The notes beneath the pieces are model-generated. The model did no database searches and was not told the DNA's origin. It saw only the letters and a program-made list of their open reading frames with translations. A program made the position numbers and the translations under genes. Positions 38,548-48,856 of a stretch of 64,000 bases of DNA are shown one piece after another; within the stretch, counting starts at the first letter, position 1; every line of letters begins with the position of its first letter. The DNA is from Sarcina sp. (GTDB lineage: Bacteria; Bacillota; Clostridia; Clostridiales; Clostridiaceae): NCBI GenBank assembly GCA_051650125.1, contig JBOFIK010000052.1, forward strand, positions 1 through 64,000. The letters run 5' to 3'.

Positions 38548-38582
38548 GGATAGATTTAATTTAAATCTATCCTAATTACTTA
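38548..38582. terminator. Bidirectional terminator
   Basis: aattaggatagatttaa-tt-taaatctatcctaatt. Confidence 0.8.
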
Positions 38583-38647
38583 TTCTAAGTTTATAACTCC
38601 TCTCTTTATACTTTTTAAAGAAATATTTTGATTTTACTATAAAATTT

Positions 38648-40141
38648 TTAAATTTCAAAATCACCGAGTATAACTTTTTCTAAAACTTTACTTCCGTCCA
38701 TAACTACTGAAATTCCATTCCCGGGGTGTGTTGATGCTCCGATAAAGTATAGACCTTTTATATATCTTGATTTTATATGCCCTCTTAAATAATTTGTTTG
38801 ACTAAGTTTATGACTTAATCCAAACGCATTTCCATAATAACAATTAAATTCATTTTTAAAATCCGTTGGAACAAAGTAATCTTCAACTTCTATATGATTT
38901 TCTATATTTTCAAGTCCTGCTATTTTATTTGAAATTGTTTCTAAAATACTATCTCTTACTTTTTTAATATTTCTCTCATTCCACTGAAATTTTTCAAAAC
39001 TTAAATTAGGTACTCTAAGCATTATATTAAGAGAACTCTTTCCTCGCTCACAAAAACTATCATCTATTGAGCTTGGGTAATACATATATAGGCTAGGTTC
39101 TTTGACTATATACCCCTTAAAAGCCCCCTCTATACTAAGTTTAAAATCTTCACTTAAATATATATTATGTAATTTTAAGTCATCAAACTTTTTATTAAGT
39201 CCAAGATAAAGTATAAATACTGAACATGAATACTCTTTTTTATTTAGATTCCTCTTTTTATACTTCACCTCATTTATTTCCTTATCAAATAGACTTTCAA
39301 GTGAATATGAATAGTCAGCATTACAAATTACTAAATCTGCTATTTTAAATTCACCATTCACACATACACCAACTGCCCTTTTATTTTCAACTATAACTTT
39401 TTCAACTTTTGTATCTGTGAAAATTTCCCCACCAAGTTCATTAAACAATTTACTTAAAGCCCTAACATATGAATACACTCCACCTTTTATATAAAACACC
39501 CCTTCTTTTTGTGTTATAGATGGTATTAACGTATATATATTAGATGACTCATATGGATTAGTTCCTATATACATAGTTTTAAAAATAAGATACTCTCTAA
39601 GTTTTTCATAACTTATCCGTTCTTGTATAAACTTATTGCTATGCTCCACGGGTCTTATGTCTAAAAATCTAGCTATTGATTTAAAGCTTAAAAACTCAAA
39701 TATACTAAGCATAGGCTTATCTAAAAAATATTTTTTTGCAATTAAATACTTGCTAAAACTCTCATAAACAAACTTATCATATTCAACTGATAGTCCACTA
39801 CTCATTTTTTCTAAAACTTTCGCCATTTTTTCTTTATCAGAGTAAAAATCGTATCTACTACCATCACTATAATTCACTCTGTATGTATGATCTAAATCAA
39901 TCAAATCAAAATATTCTTTATAATCTTTTTCACACGCCTTAAATACACTTATATAACTATCTTTACTTAATAAAACAGATGCTGATAAATCAAATTTATA
40001 TCCATTTTTTTCTTTTAAATTAACTCTTCCACCAGCTCTACTCTCCTTCTCAAAAATAGTCACTTTAAACCCTTTGTTTAATAGCCTTATTCCAGTACAA
40101 AGTCCTCCAATTCCAGCTCCTACTATAATTACACTCTTCAT
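38648..40141 (-). CDS. FAD-dependent oxidoreductase of the phytoene desaturase (CrtI/CrtN) family
   Basis: N-terminal dinucleotide fold VIIVGAGIGGLCTGIRL ... EKESRAGGR. 497 aa. Confidence 0.75.
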   Translation of the reverse strand: MKSVIIVGAGIGGLCTGIRLLNKGFKVTIFEKESRAGGRVNLKEKNGYKFDLSASVLLSKDSYISVFKACEKDYKEYFDLIDLDHTYRVNYSDGSRYDFYSDKEKMAKVLEKMSSGLSVEYDKFVYESFSKYLIAKKYFLDKPMLSIFEFLSFKSIARFLDIRPVEHSNKFIQERISYEKLREYLIFKTMYIGTNPYESSNIYTLIPSITQKEGVFYIKGGVYSYVRALSKLFNELGGEIFTDTKVEKVIVENKRAVGVCVNGEFKIADLVICNADYSYSLESLFDKEINEVKYKKRNLNKKEYSCSVFILYLGLNKKFDDLKLHNIYLSEDFKLSIEGAFKGYIVKEPSLYMYYPSSIDDSFCERGKSSLNIMLRVPNLSFEKFQWNERNIKKVRDSILETISNKIAGLENIENHIEVEDYFVPTDFKNEFNCYYGNAFGLSHKLSQTNYLRGHIKSRYIKGLYFIGASTHPGNGISVVMDGSKVLEKVILGDFEI

Positions 40142-40360
40142 AATCCTTTACCTCATTTAACTTTTCATATTAAATTTAGTATCTACACTTAACTCAAAAA
40201 ATATGAGTTACTCTTTTAACACTCCACTACTTTTAGCAACTTGTATCTCAAATAAAAATAATAAATCTAATCTCTGAATCCCAGCTTTAGATCGCTCAGC
40301 AATTTATATTTGAATATAAAAGCAAAAAATCCTAGAAAACTACTCTTCTAGGATTAATAA

Positions 40361-41323
40361 TTATGCTACTTCTTTTTTTCTTGCACTACCTAAAATAACT
40401 CCTACTATTATAATTGCTGCTGCTATTAAAAGTCTTGTATCAAGCTTATTATGCATAAATATAACTTGTAGAACAACTGCCCATAATCCATAAGTTATAT
40501 TAAGTCCCATAGCTCTTGATGGACCAATTTTATGTACTGATACATAGTAAATCCATGTTGAGAATGCTCCTATTGATGCTGCTATAAATGCAACTCCACC
40601 TGTTTGCGAAAAAATTGTAGGTATGATATATTTTAATGCTCCTATGAATGGTAATATAATAACTAAATCAACTGCAAGTGCTGAGAAAACTGTTATTATA
40701 AGTGCCATATGTTGTGAAATTGTTTCTTTCTTCATTCCCCATGATAAAAATACTCCCTGTACTCCCCAACCTAATGCTGATAAGAATGAGAATAAAAGTC
40801 CAAGTGACATATCTGGTCTATTTATAGCAAGACTTCCTGGTTTGTATCCAATAAATATAACTGCAAAAATTATAAGAACTAGACCAAAATATGTTTTCAT
40901 TGGTAACTTCTCTTTCATAAATATTCTAGCAACAAGTGCTCCTAGGACTGGATATGTAGAAGATATTATAGAAGCATATGCTGCTCCTGAATATTTAACC
41001 CCTAGTATATAAAATAACATTCCAAGTGGACCTCCAAGTATTCCTGCAATAGCTAAGACAGCTCCATTTCTACTACAAAAACTCGGTATAATCTCTTTTA
41101 TTTTACCTCTTAAAATAAAAGTACTTGTTGTCCATATAAACACAAATATATCATTTAAAAAATTACTTAAAAATGGTGCAAAAAATGCCATATACGGAGC
41201 TACAAGCGGATTAAGTGTTAAAGATACTCCTATTAATACTGTATTCATAGCCCATGTAATACCTGATATTAAACCAGTTGTATTTCCTATGAACGCGATA
41301 CTAAAATTGCTTCTTTTGTTCAC
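40361..41323 (-). CDS. Polytopic membrane protein, DMT-superfamily-like (possible sugar/metabolite porter)
   Basis: 10 TM in two halves. 320 aa. Confidence 0.5.
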   Translation of the reverse strand: MNKRSNFSIAFIGNTTGLISGITWAMNTVLIGVSLTLNPLVAPYMAFFAPFLSNFLNDIFVFIWTTSTFILRGKIKEIIPSFCSRNGAVLAIAGILGGPLGMLFYILGVKYSGAAYASIISSTYPVLGALVARIFMKEKLPMKTYFGLVLIIFAVIFIGYKPGSLAINRPDMSLGLLFSFLSALGWGVQGVFLSWGMKKETISQHMALIITVFSALAVDLVIILPFIGALKYIIPTIFSQTGGVAFIAASIGAFSTWIYYVSVHKIGPSRAMGLNITYGLWAVVLQVIFMHNKLDTRLLIAAAIIIVGVILGSARKKEVA

Positions 41324-41476
41324 TACAAATTCCTCCTAAAAGTTTATTATTTAATTACCTATAAATTATTTTTTCAAAACTATTAAAAACCTGTATACTA
41401 ATTGATATATGATTTTAATTTTTAAATTAAGTATTATACTCATGATACAAATTAAAGAATAAGGTGGTAAATATTT

Positions 41477-42700
41477 TTGAAAAATTTATTAATTCTAGAT
41501 AAAAAAAGTCTTCCTAATATTATTAATAATAAGAATTGGATTTTTCTAGATATACGTTCTAGCAATTCTTATAATGGTTGGCAATTATATAAAGAAAAAG
41601 TTTCTGGTCATATAAAAGGTGCAACAAATATTTATTATAAATGGAGTTCCAATAAAAATCTATTACAAAACCTAATTAATTCTAAAAAAATTAAATTAGA
41701 TACTCATTTAGTTTTTTGTTATAGCGATATAACTTCATTAGATGATATATTAGATTTTTTCACTAAAAATAACTTTAAAAACTTACATATTTTAGATATG
41801 AAAACTCTTACTCTTGAAGATAATATTTTTATATCTAATTACACTAATTATAACTATCTTTTCCCTGGCGAACTTATAGCGTCTTTGCCTAATGAAAATT
41901 CAAAAATGAAGATTTTTCATACAGGTTTTGGTGAAGAAATTGAAACCTCTAAAAAAGGTCACATAAAAGGTAGTATTTATATTAATACTACTGAAATAGA
42001 ACCTCGTCCTCTTTGGAAACTTGCTTCTAAAGATATTTTAACCCTTGTTGGTAAAAAATACGACTTACACACTGATGATGAAATTCTTATAACGGGTTGG
42101 AATCAAATGGCGTCATTCAGACTTGCAACCACCTTACTTTATATGGGAATAAAAAACATCAAGGTTTTAAATGGTGGTCTTGAAAGTTTGGAATCTTTAT
42201 CATATGATTTTGAAACTACTAGTAATTTTATACTTCCTAATACAGATAAAATTTATAAGCTAAATTTTGATGATAAAATTATTCTTACAACTGATACTTT
42301 AAAAGAAAAACTTAAAACTGATAACTTTACACTTTTAGATAATAGAACATGGCTTGAACATATAGGAGAAATTTCTGGTTATACTTATTATAAAAAAAAA
42401 GCTAGAATACCTAGTTCTATTTATGGTCATGCTGGAATTAAAGGACCTCACAGCCTTGAATATTATAGAAATGTAGATAATACTATGAAATGCAAAGATG
42501 ATATAGAAACTCTTTGGTTATCTCAAAGTATAAACTTATCAAACGAACTTGCATTTATGTGTGGTAGTGGGTGGAGAGCATCTGAAATATATTTCTACGC
42601 ACTTGTATTTGGATATACTAATATCACTCTTTATAGTGATGGTTGGATTGGTTGGAGTCGTGATGATTCTAACCCTACTGAAACTGGAATTCCTAAATGA
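41477..42700 (+). CDS. Multi-domain rhodanese-like sulfurtransferase
   Basis: TTG start after AAGGTGG. Three rhodanese-like modules, only the last with an active-site Cys (CGSGWRASE). Confidence 0.7.
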   Translation: MKNLLILDKKSLPNIINNKNWIFLDIRSSNSYNGWQLYKEKVSGHIKGATNIYYKWSSNKNLLQNLINSKKIKLDTHLVFCYSDITSLDDILDFFTKNNFKNLHILDMKTLTLEDNIFISNYTNYNYLFPGELIASLPNENSKMKIFHTGFGEEIETSKKGHIKGSIYINTTEIEPRPLWKLASKDILTLVGKKYDLHTDDEILITGWNQMASFRLATTLLYMGIKNIKVLNGGLESLESLSYDFETTSNFILPNTDKIYKLNFDDKIILTTDTLKEKLKTDNFTLLDNRTWLEHIGEISGYTYYKKKARIPSSIYGHAGIKGPHSLEYYRNVDNTMKCKDDIETLWLSQSINLSNELAFMCGSGWRASEIYFYALVFGYTNITLYSDGWIGWSRDDSNPTETGIPK

Positions 42701-42782
42701 TTTTTCTAATTTATATTTAATATACAAATTAGTATTTAAATATTGTATAATGTTATCTGATAACTAGTATGGAGGTTTTTTA

Positions 42783-43250
42783 ATGAACAATATTCTAACT
42801 ACTGAAAATATGACAAAACTTGAAGAAGAATTAAATTATAGATTAACAGTAACAAGAGCTGAGATTGCTAAAGAAAAATTAGTTGCAGCAGCTCATGGTG
42901 ATAGATCAGAGAATGCTGAGTATAAAGAAGCTTGTGCAAATTATAGAGAAAATGATAATAGAATACAATATCTTATGACTATGATTTCAACAGCTATTGT
43001 TATAGATGATGCTGAACTTGATAAATCAAAACTTACTATAAATAGTAAAGCTAAAGTTCTATTTGTAGAAGATGGTGATGAGGAGATTATAACGCTTGTT
43101 ACTACACTAGACTTAGATCCTGAAAATATGATGATAAGTATAGAATCAGACCTTGGGAAAGCTTTGACTGGTAAAACAGTCGGTGATACTGTTGAAGTAG
43201 TAGCCCCTGGTGATAACTACACTATAAAAATCTTAGAGATACTAGAATAA
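42783..43250 (+). CDS. GreA/GreB-family transcription elongation factor homolog
   Basis: N-terminal coiled coil. C-terminal FKBP-like domain with GKALTGKTVGDTVEV. Confidence 0.7.
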   Translation: MNNILTTENMTKLEEELNYRLTVTRAEIAKEKLVAAAHGDRSENAEYKEACANYRENDNRIQYLMTMISTAIVIDDAELDKSKLTINSKAKVLFVEDGDEEIITLVTTLDLDPENMMISIESDLGKALTGKTVGDTVEVVAPGDNYTIKILEILE

Positions 43251-43356
43251 TATTCTAGTATCTTTTTCTATGTCCTCATATATTAAACCACTCAATAAAC
43301 ATTTTTTATCATTAAAATTCATAGAGTATAAAGTATAAATTTATTAGGAGATAAAT

Positions 43357-45069
43357 ATGGAAAACCCAAATATATTAATTCTTATGGTAGACGAAGAAAG
43401 ATACCCTACCGTCTATGAAACTAAAGCTATTAAAGAATGGCGTACTCAATATCTAAAAGCACAAACACTCTTAAAAGAAAATGGATTTGAATTTAAAAAT
43501 CACTATACTGCAAGTTGTGCCTGTGCACCTAGTAGGGCAAGTATTTATACCGGTCAATACCCTTCACTCCATGGAGTTAGCCAAACTCCTGGTGTTGCTA
43601 AGGATGACTTTGATTCAAATATGTTTTGGCTTGATCCTAATACAGTACCCACTTTTGGAGATTATTTTTTAAAAGCTGGCTATTCGAGTTTTTGGAAAGG
43701 AAAATGGCATGCATCTCAAGCTGATATTATAAACCCAGGTCCTAGTCACCCATCTTACCTAAGTTATGATATAAATACAGGAATTCCATTACCTATTGCT
43801 AAAGAAAGGTATCTTAAAGCAAATAAGCTTTTACCTTTTGGTTTTAATAGTTGGATTGGACCTGAACCCTTTGGTGATTTACCTGTAAATTCCGGTTCAT
43901 CATCACCAAAACTTGTAAGTGGTAGAGATATTGTTTTTGCTGATGAAGCAATTGAACTTATAGACCAGCTAAATAGTACTAATTCACCAGAGCCATGGAT
44001 TATAACAACATCATTTGTGAATCCACATGATATTACTTTGTATGGTGAAATCACAAGACTTAGTGGAGATTTTAATTTTAGTATTGATGCGTCAGTTCCT
44101 CATATAGATAAAGCACCAACAGCAGATGAAGATTTATGTAAAAAACCAAGATGTCAAAAATCATATAAAGAAGTTTATCAAGAGGCTTTCCAACCTAGCC
44201 TTGACTCAGAAGAATATAGACAGCTCTATTATTCTCTTATGCTTCAAGCTGATAAACAAATGCAAAGAGTTTTAGATGCATTAATTAAGTCTAAATTCTA
44301 TGAAAATACAATTATAATATTCACGTCTGATCATGGTGATCTTGGTGGTTCACATGGTGGGTTATTTGAAAAATGGTATCAAGCATATGAAGAAACTACT
44401 CATGTACCTCTTATAATTCATAATCCAAAACTATTTGACCATTATCAATGTACTGATGCTATAACTAGCCATATAGATTTGCTTCCAACACTACTTTCTC
44501 TTGCAAACATAGATGAAACTGCTACTAGATTAAAACTTGAAAAAACACATACTCAAGCTTTAAAACCTGTTGGTAGAGATTTAACACCTTTATTTAACAA
44601 ATGTTGTGATACTCCTGAATTTTCAGAAGGTGTATACTTTATGACTGATGATGATCCTACTAAAGGTCAACATCAAGAAACTTTTGATGGCAAGAGTTAT
44701 AAAGCTGTAATTGAACCTAGCAGTATAGAAACTATCATTATATATCTTAAAAATACTGAAACTGAACAACGTGAAAAATGGAAGTTCTCTAGATATTTTA
44801 ATAATAGCGATCTTTGGACATCACCAAACAAAGAAGATAAATTACTTGATAAAATAGCATCTGATGAACTCTGCGAAGTTGATATCTATACACTTAATAA
44901 AATTGATAATGTTGAAGACTTTGAAATGTATAATCTAACAAATGATCCAATTGAAGCTAATAATTTGATTAATGAGTATTATTGTGATAAATCAGTTAAA
45001 GAAATTGCAGACTTACTTTATGGGCTTTTAATTAAACAAAGAGAAGAAAAAAGACTTTCACCTCAGTAA
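43357..45069 (+). CDS. Cys-type sulfatase (arylsulfatase family)
   Basis: CAPSRASIYTG signature with the Cys destined for formylglycine. Metal ligands DEE...D and DHG present. Confidence 0.85.
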   Translation: MENPNILILMVDEERYPTVYETKAIKEWRTQYLKAQTLLKENGFEFKNHYTASCACAPSRASIYTGQYPSLHGVSQTPGVAKDDFDSNMFWLDPNTVPTFGDYFLKAGYSSFWKGKWHASQADIINPGPSHPSYLSYDINTGIPLPIAKERYLKANKLLPFGFNSWIGPEPFGDLPVNSGSSSPKLVSGRDIVFADEAIELIDQLNSTNSPEPWIITTSFVNPHDITLYGEITRLSGDFNFSIDASVPHIDKAPTADEDLCKKPRCQKSYKEVYQEAFQPSLDSEEYRQLYYSLMLQADKQMQRVLDALIKSKFYENTIIIFTSDHGDLGGSHGGLFEKWYQAYEETTHVPLIIHNPKLFDHYQCTDAITSHIDLLPTLLSLANIDETATRLKLEKTHTQALKPVGRDLTPLFNKCCDTPEFSEGVYFMTDDDPTKGQHQETFDGKSYKAVIEPSSIETIIIYLKNTETEQREKWKFSRYFNNSDLWTSPNKEDKLLDKIASDELCEVDIYTLNKIDNVEDFEMYNLTNDPIEANNLINEYYCDKSVKEIADLLYGLLIKQREEKRLSPQ

Positions 45070-45077
45070 ATTAAAAA

Positions 45078-45105
45078 GCACCTGCTAATGCAAGTGCTTT
45101 TTCTA
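45078..45105. terminator. Bidirectional terminator
   Basis: aaagcacctgc-taatg-caagtgcttttt. Confidence 0.7.
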
Positions 45106-46383
45106 TTAATCTTCTATCATTATCTCTAATATTTCTTTATCTGTTCCTTGCATTCCATACTTTCCAAGTCTTCCAATAGCTGAAATAGTTTTTTCTATAT
45201 CACCTTTGATTATACCTGTGTTATATTTGTATGCCTTGTCCTCCATAGCAATATAGTGTGCCATCATTCCAGCATCTATGCATGTTGCTATCTTTGAACC
45301 ACATGAAGGTTTTGCCCCATCACATACTATTCCAGATATATTTGCAAAGGTATTTACTATTGCCTTATCTATTTGCTCTAAAGTTCCATCTTCAAGGTAA
45401 GTTATAGCTGCACCAATTGCACACCCACCAACAACTGAACCACAGAAAGCTGATAATCTACCTATTCCAGCTTTTTCATGAATAGTTATAAGGTTAGAGA
45501 ATACAAGTCCTCTGTAAAGTTTTTCTGCTGACAGTTTCTTCTCTTTAGCATATAAAATTACTGGAATTGAAACTGTCATTCCTTGATTTCCACTACCTGA
45601 GTTAGTCATAACAGGCATTGCACTTCCACTCATTCTAGCCTCTGATGCTGCTGATGTATAAGCTTTCATCTTAGTAACTATATTATTTTTATCGCCTGAT
45701 TTTAAAATGATATTTCCTATTCCAACACCATAGTTTCCTGTCATACCTTCTTTTGATATGTTCATGTTATATTCTATTTGTGTATCCATAAGGTCTTTAA
45801 TATCTTCTATTTTAACTGTGTTTGAAAATTCATATATATCTTTAACTGTTAAAATACTTCTATCTACAAATACTCCAAGATATTTTTTTGGGTCTTCATC
45901 TGCTTCAAATTCAACTTTTCCATCTTTAACTACTTTTGTTATGTTATTATGAGCAAATTTTATCTCAACCATAGCACTATGATTTTCTGAGTGCATTTCC
46001 ATTTGAATGTGAAGAGGTACATTTTCCTCTAAAGTTTCAATTGTGCAATAATCTGTTTCCATAAGTTCTTTTGCTCTATCTTTATGCTCCTGAGTTACTT
46101 TACTTATAACTTCAAGACCTTTATCTGCATCTCCACCAATTGCTCCAATTATTGAACTAGCCTTTATTCCAACTAATCCATCAGTATTTGGAACAGTAAC
46201 ACACATAGCATTTTTAATTATGTTTCCACTGCACTTTGCAACTATTCTTGTAGGTTCTTCCCCAAGAACTGCCGCTGCTCTAGCTGCTGCAAAAGCTATT
46301 GCAATTGGCTCTGTGCAACCCATTGCTGGTATAAGTTCCTCTTCAAGAATCTTTATATATAATTTATATGTATTTTTATCCAT
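45106..46383 (-). CDS. L-cysteine desulfidase family protein (YhaM/CdsB-like, UPF0597)
   Basis: PAMGCTEPIAIA block. Start set to MDKNTYK (46383) behind GGAGG, instead of the longer track ORF. Confidence 0.75.
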   Translation of the reverse strand: MDKNTYKLYIKILEEELIPAMGCTEPIAIAFAAARAAAVLGEEPTRIVAKCSGNIIKNAMCVTVPNTDGLVGIKASSIIGAIGGDADKGLEVISKVTQEHKDRAKELMETDYCTIETLEENVPLHIQMEMHSENHSAMVEIKFAHNNITKVVKDGKVEFEADEDPKKYLGVFVDRSILTVKDIYEFSNTVKIEDIKDLMDTQIEYNMNISKEGMTGNYGVGIGNIILKSGDKNNIVTKMKAYTSAASEARMSGSAMPVMTNSGSGNQGMTVSIPVILYAKEKKLSAEKLYRGLVFSNLITIHEKAGIGRLSAFCGSVVGGCAIGAAITYLEDGTLEQIDKAIVNTFANISGIVCDGAKPSCGSKIATCIDAGMMAHYIAMEDKAYKYNTGIIKGDIEKTISAIGRLGKYGMQGTDKEILEIMIED

Positions 46384-46600
46384 TAATTCCAACCTCCAAC
46401 TTGTCCATTTTCTATCTATATTATAATAACATCTTGCGAGGAATTTTGACATAGACTATTGCAATTAACTTAAATCCCACCTTATTCTACAAAATAAAAA
46501 GATAGGCATATAAATCTATATCTGCCTATCTTAAATATTTCTTCTATTTAACCTTTAATAACCCTCTGCCCTTAAAAACTTTTTAATCTGTACTATTATT

Positions 46601-47110
46601 TTATTTGTTTTTTAATGACAATCTACAATATATAACTAGTGAAACTCCTATTATAATTAAGGGTACAAACATTGTTGTCCCTGAAAAACCACTTCCTATA
46701 TTTTTAGATGCTAGTAATATTTGAACTTGCATATTTGCAAACAATAAAGCTAACTCAAGATTCATTACTTTTACAAATGTAGACTCCATATTATATTGCT
46801 TTTCTCTATTTCCCTCATGTAGAGGCACAATATAATTTCCCATGCCAGGATATTTACTGATTAATGTAAAAAACAAATACATTCCAATTGCAATTCCTAG
46901 TAATAAAAACAATGTATGTTTTGAACCATAAGCATCAACTTGTCCATATATATTAAAATGTGTTGGAATTCTATCTCCTGCCTCACTCCAAATTTTAAAA
47001 GTAAATCCACTAAGAAATATAATTATAAGTACCGTAACTGAATCTAATATTAAATTAATTTTTCTGTGCTTTTCACTAGGTTTCCATTTAGCCATTTTAC
47101 ACGCCCCCAA
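46601..47110 (-). CDS. DUF1648 (SdpI/YfhL-like) membrane protein, paralog A
   Basis: Four TM. NREKQYNMESTFVKVMNLELALLFAN block shared with 48210-48704. Confidence 0.6.
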   Translation of the reverse strand: MGACKMAKWKPSEKHRKINLILDSVTVLIIIFLSGFTFKIWSEAGDRIPTHFNIYGQVDAYGSKHTLFLLLGIAIGMYLFFTLISKYPGMGNYIVPLHEGNREKQYNMESTFVKVMNLELALLFANMQVQILLASKNIGSGFSGTTMFVPLIIIGVSLVIYCRLSLKNK

Positions 47111-47195
47111 TTAAATATTAAATATCTTTTTTTATATTATACTCCCTAAATTCCATATTTCCCCTTAGTTAAGGAAGATTTAAGATTTGTCTTAT

Positions 47196-48035
47196 TTACT
47201 TCTCCCAATAGCTAGGTCTAGTAATTGAACTTGGTAACTTTGTTTTACTATCACCAATAGTAGCATTTATCTGTTGCTGAGTTATAAATAAAGCCTTTTC
47301 TAAGTTAGCACCTCTAATATTTGTATCTCTCATATCAGTAGCAATTAAGTTTGCACCAGTTAAATCAGTATTGCTTAAATTAGCTGCTATAAGTAGTGAA
47401 CAACTTAAATCTGCTCCCCTTAAATTTTCCTTACTTAGGTTTTTAGCAATATTATTTTTGCTTATCACTTTTTTATTTTTAACTTTTGACTTATTACTTA
47501 CTTCTATACTCGTAGCCTTTAATAAAACATTTATACTATCCCTATATTTTTCTATATTAATAGATAATATCTCTTTAGGACTTAAAATTGTAAGCTTATT
47601 TAACTTATCTATCATCTCTTCAATTTTTACTTTTTGCTCTTTTCTACTCTCAAAATCATAAGCCATATTTAAATACCAAAGCATTTCATGAAGTTGTCTT
47701 GCTATTAAAAACACCTCAAACATTTCATCCTTTAAAGATTTTTTCTCATTCCATCTCACACCATTATATATTTGACTTGCCACCTTTTGACCAGCACCAA
47801 AACAATCATAAGAAGTACATCCCTTAAGTCCTTTTTCTCTAAGATTACTATGTACCTTACAAGTAAAATCCTCATTCAAATTACTACAAGGGTCCCCTGC
47901 TACCTTATCCTTTGGAAATCCATCCATCTTTGAAAAATATAGTGCCACGCAGCAAAATCCAAAACAATTTTTGCAATCTATCTTCAACTCTTTTTCTATA
48001 TCAAAACTTTCATTATAATTCTTTTTCACTTTCAT
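47196..48035 (-). CDS. Fusion protein: N-terminal YkgJ-type Cys-cluster (UPF0153) domain + C-terminal pentapeptide repeats
   Basis: CKNCFGFCC ... C ... C ... C cluster, then LRGADLSCSLLIAANLSNTDLTGANLIATDMRDTNIRGANL. Confidence 0.65.
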   Translation of the reverse strand: MKVKKNYNESFDIEKELKIDCKNCFGFCCVALYFSKMDGFPKDKVAGDPCSNLNEDFTCKVHSNLREKGLKGCTSYDCFGAGQKVASQIYNGVRWNEKKSLKDEMFEVFLIARQLHEMLWYLNMAYDFESRKEQKVKIEEMIDKLNKLTILSPKEILSINIEKYRDSINVLLKATSIEVSNKSKVKNKKVISKNNIAKNLSKENLRGADLSCSLLIAANLSNTDLTGANLIATDMRDTNIRGANLEKALFITQQQINATIGDSKTKLPSSITRPSYWEK

Positions 48036-48209
48036 AATACATCTCCATTTTCAAATACTTTATATTCAATCTAAAAAGTATTATACCATTTAACATTTTT
48101 TATTCAATTACTTTAAACAAAAATAAATATCTATAAAATTTCAAAAAAATAAGATTGCTTAATTAAAACAATCTTATCTTCTACATTTAAAATTTTTATG
48201 TATTTAATT

Positions 48210-48704
48210 TTATTTTTCTTTAAATATAAGTACTACATAAATAATCGTTGTAATAAGTATTGCTACAACAGGTACAAGAATAATTATATCAGTTATGTTT
48301 GCTAGTCCACTCCATGCAGACTTCATAAGCTTAATTTGAATTGATGCAAATAAAAGTATTGCCTCAAGGTTTAAAACCTTTATAAATGTACTTGTTAAGT
48401 TATACTGTCTATCCCTATTACTACTTGTAATTCTTACTAAATGCCTGTCCATATTAAGATATGTACTCATTAAAAATAATATTATGTACACTACAATAGA
48501 TATTCCTACTATAATAAATAATGAATCTTTTGATAGATAATTATCAATGCTTCCAACCTCATCAAAATGTACTGGAATCATAGCTGGGGCTGTCACCCAA
48601 TATTTATATGTCATAACACCTAAGAAAATAATCCAAAGTGCTGCAACTACATCTACTACTATATTTATTTGCTTATATATTCCGCTTGCTATCCATTTTT
48701 CCAC
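48210..48704 (-). CDS. DUF1648 (SdpI-like) membrane protein, paralog B
   Basis: NRDRQYNLTSTFIKVLNLEAILLFAS block, paralogous to 46601-47110. Confidence 0.6.
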   Translation of the reverse strand: MEKWIASGIYKQINIVVDVVAALWIIFLGVMTYKYWVTAPAMIPVHFDEVGSIDNYLSKDSLFIIVGISIVVYIILFLMSTYLNMDRHLVRITSSNRDRQYNLTSTFIKVLNLEAILLFASIQIKLMKSAWSGLANITDIIILVPVVAILITTIIYVVLIFKEK

Positions 48705-48856
48705 GCTTTGTTTCCTCCTAAAATAAACCTTTTTCTCTACATATCATTATACTATCAAGCTACCTATTCCTCATTACTTATATGTGTCATTTTCCATAAA
48801 AAAAGGTTACTCTCTTAGTTTTTACACTATAAGAATAACCTTGTCTAATGAAAGCT

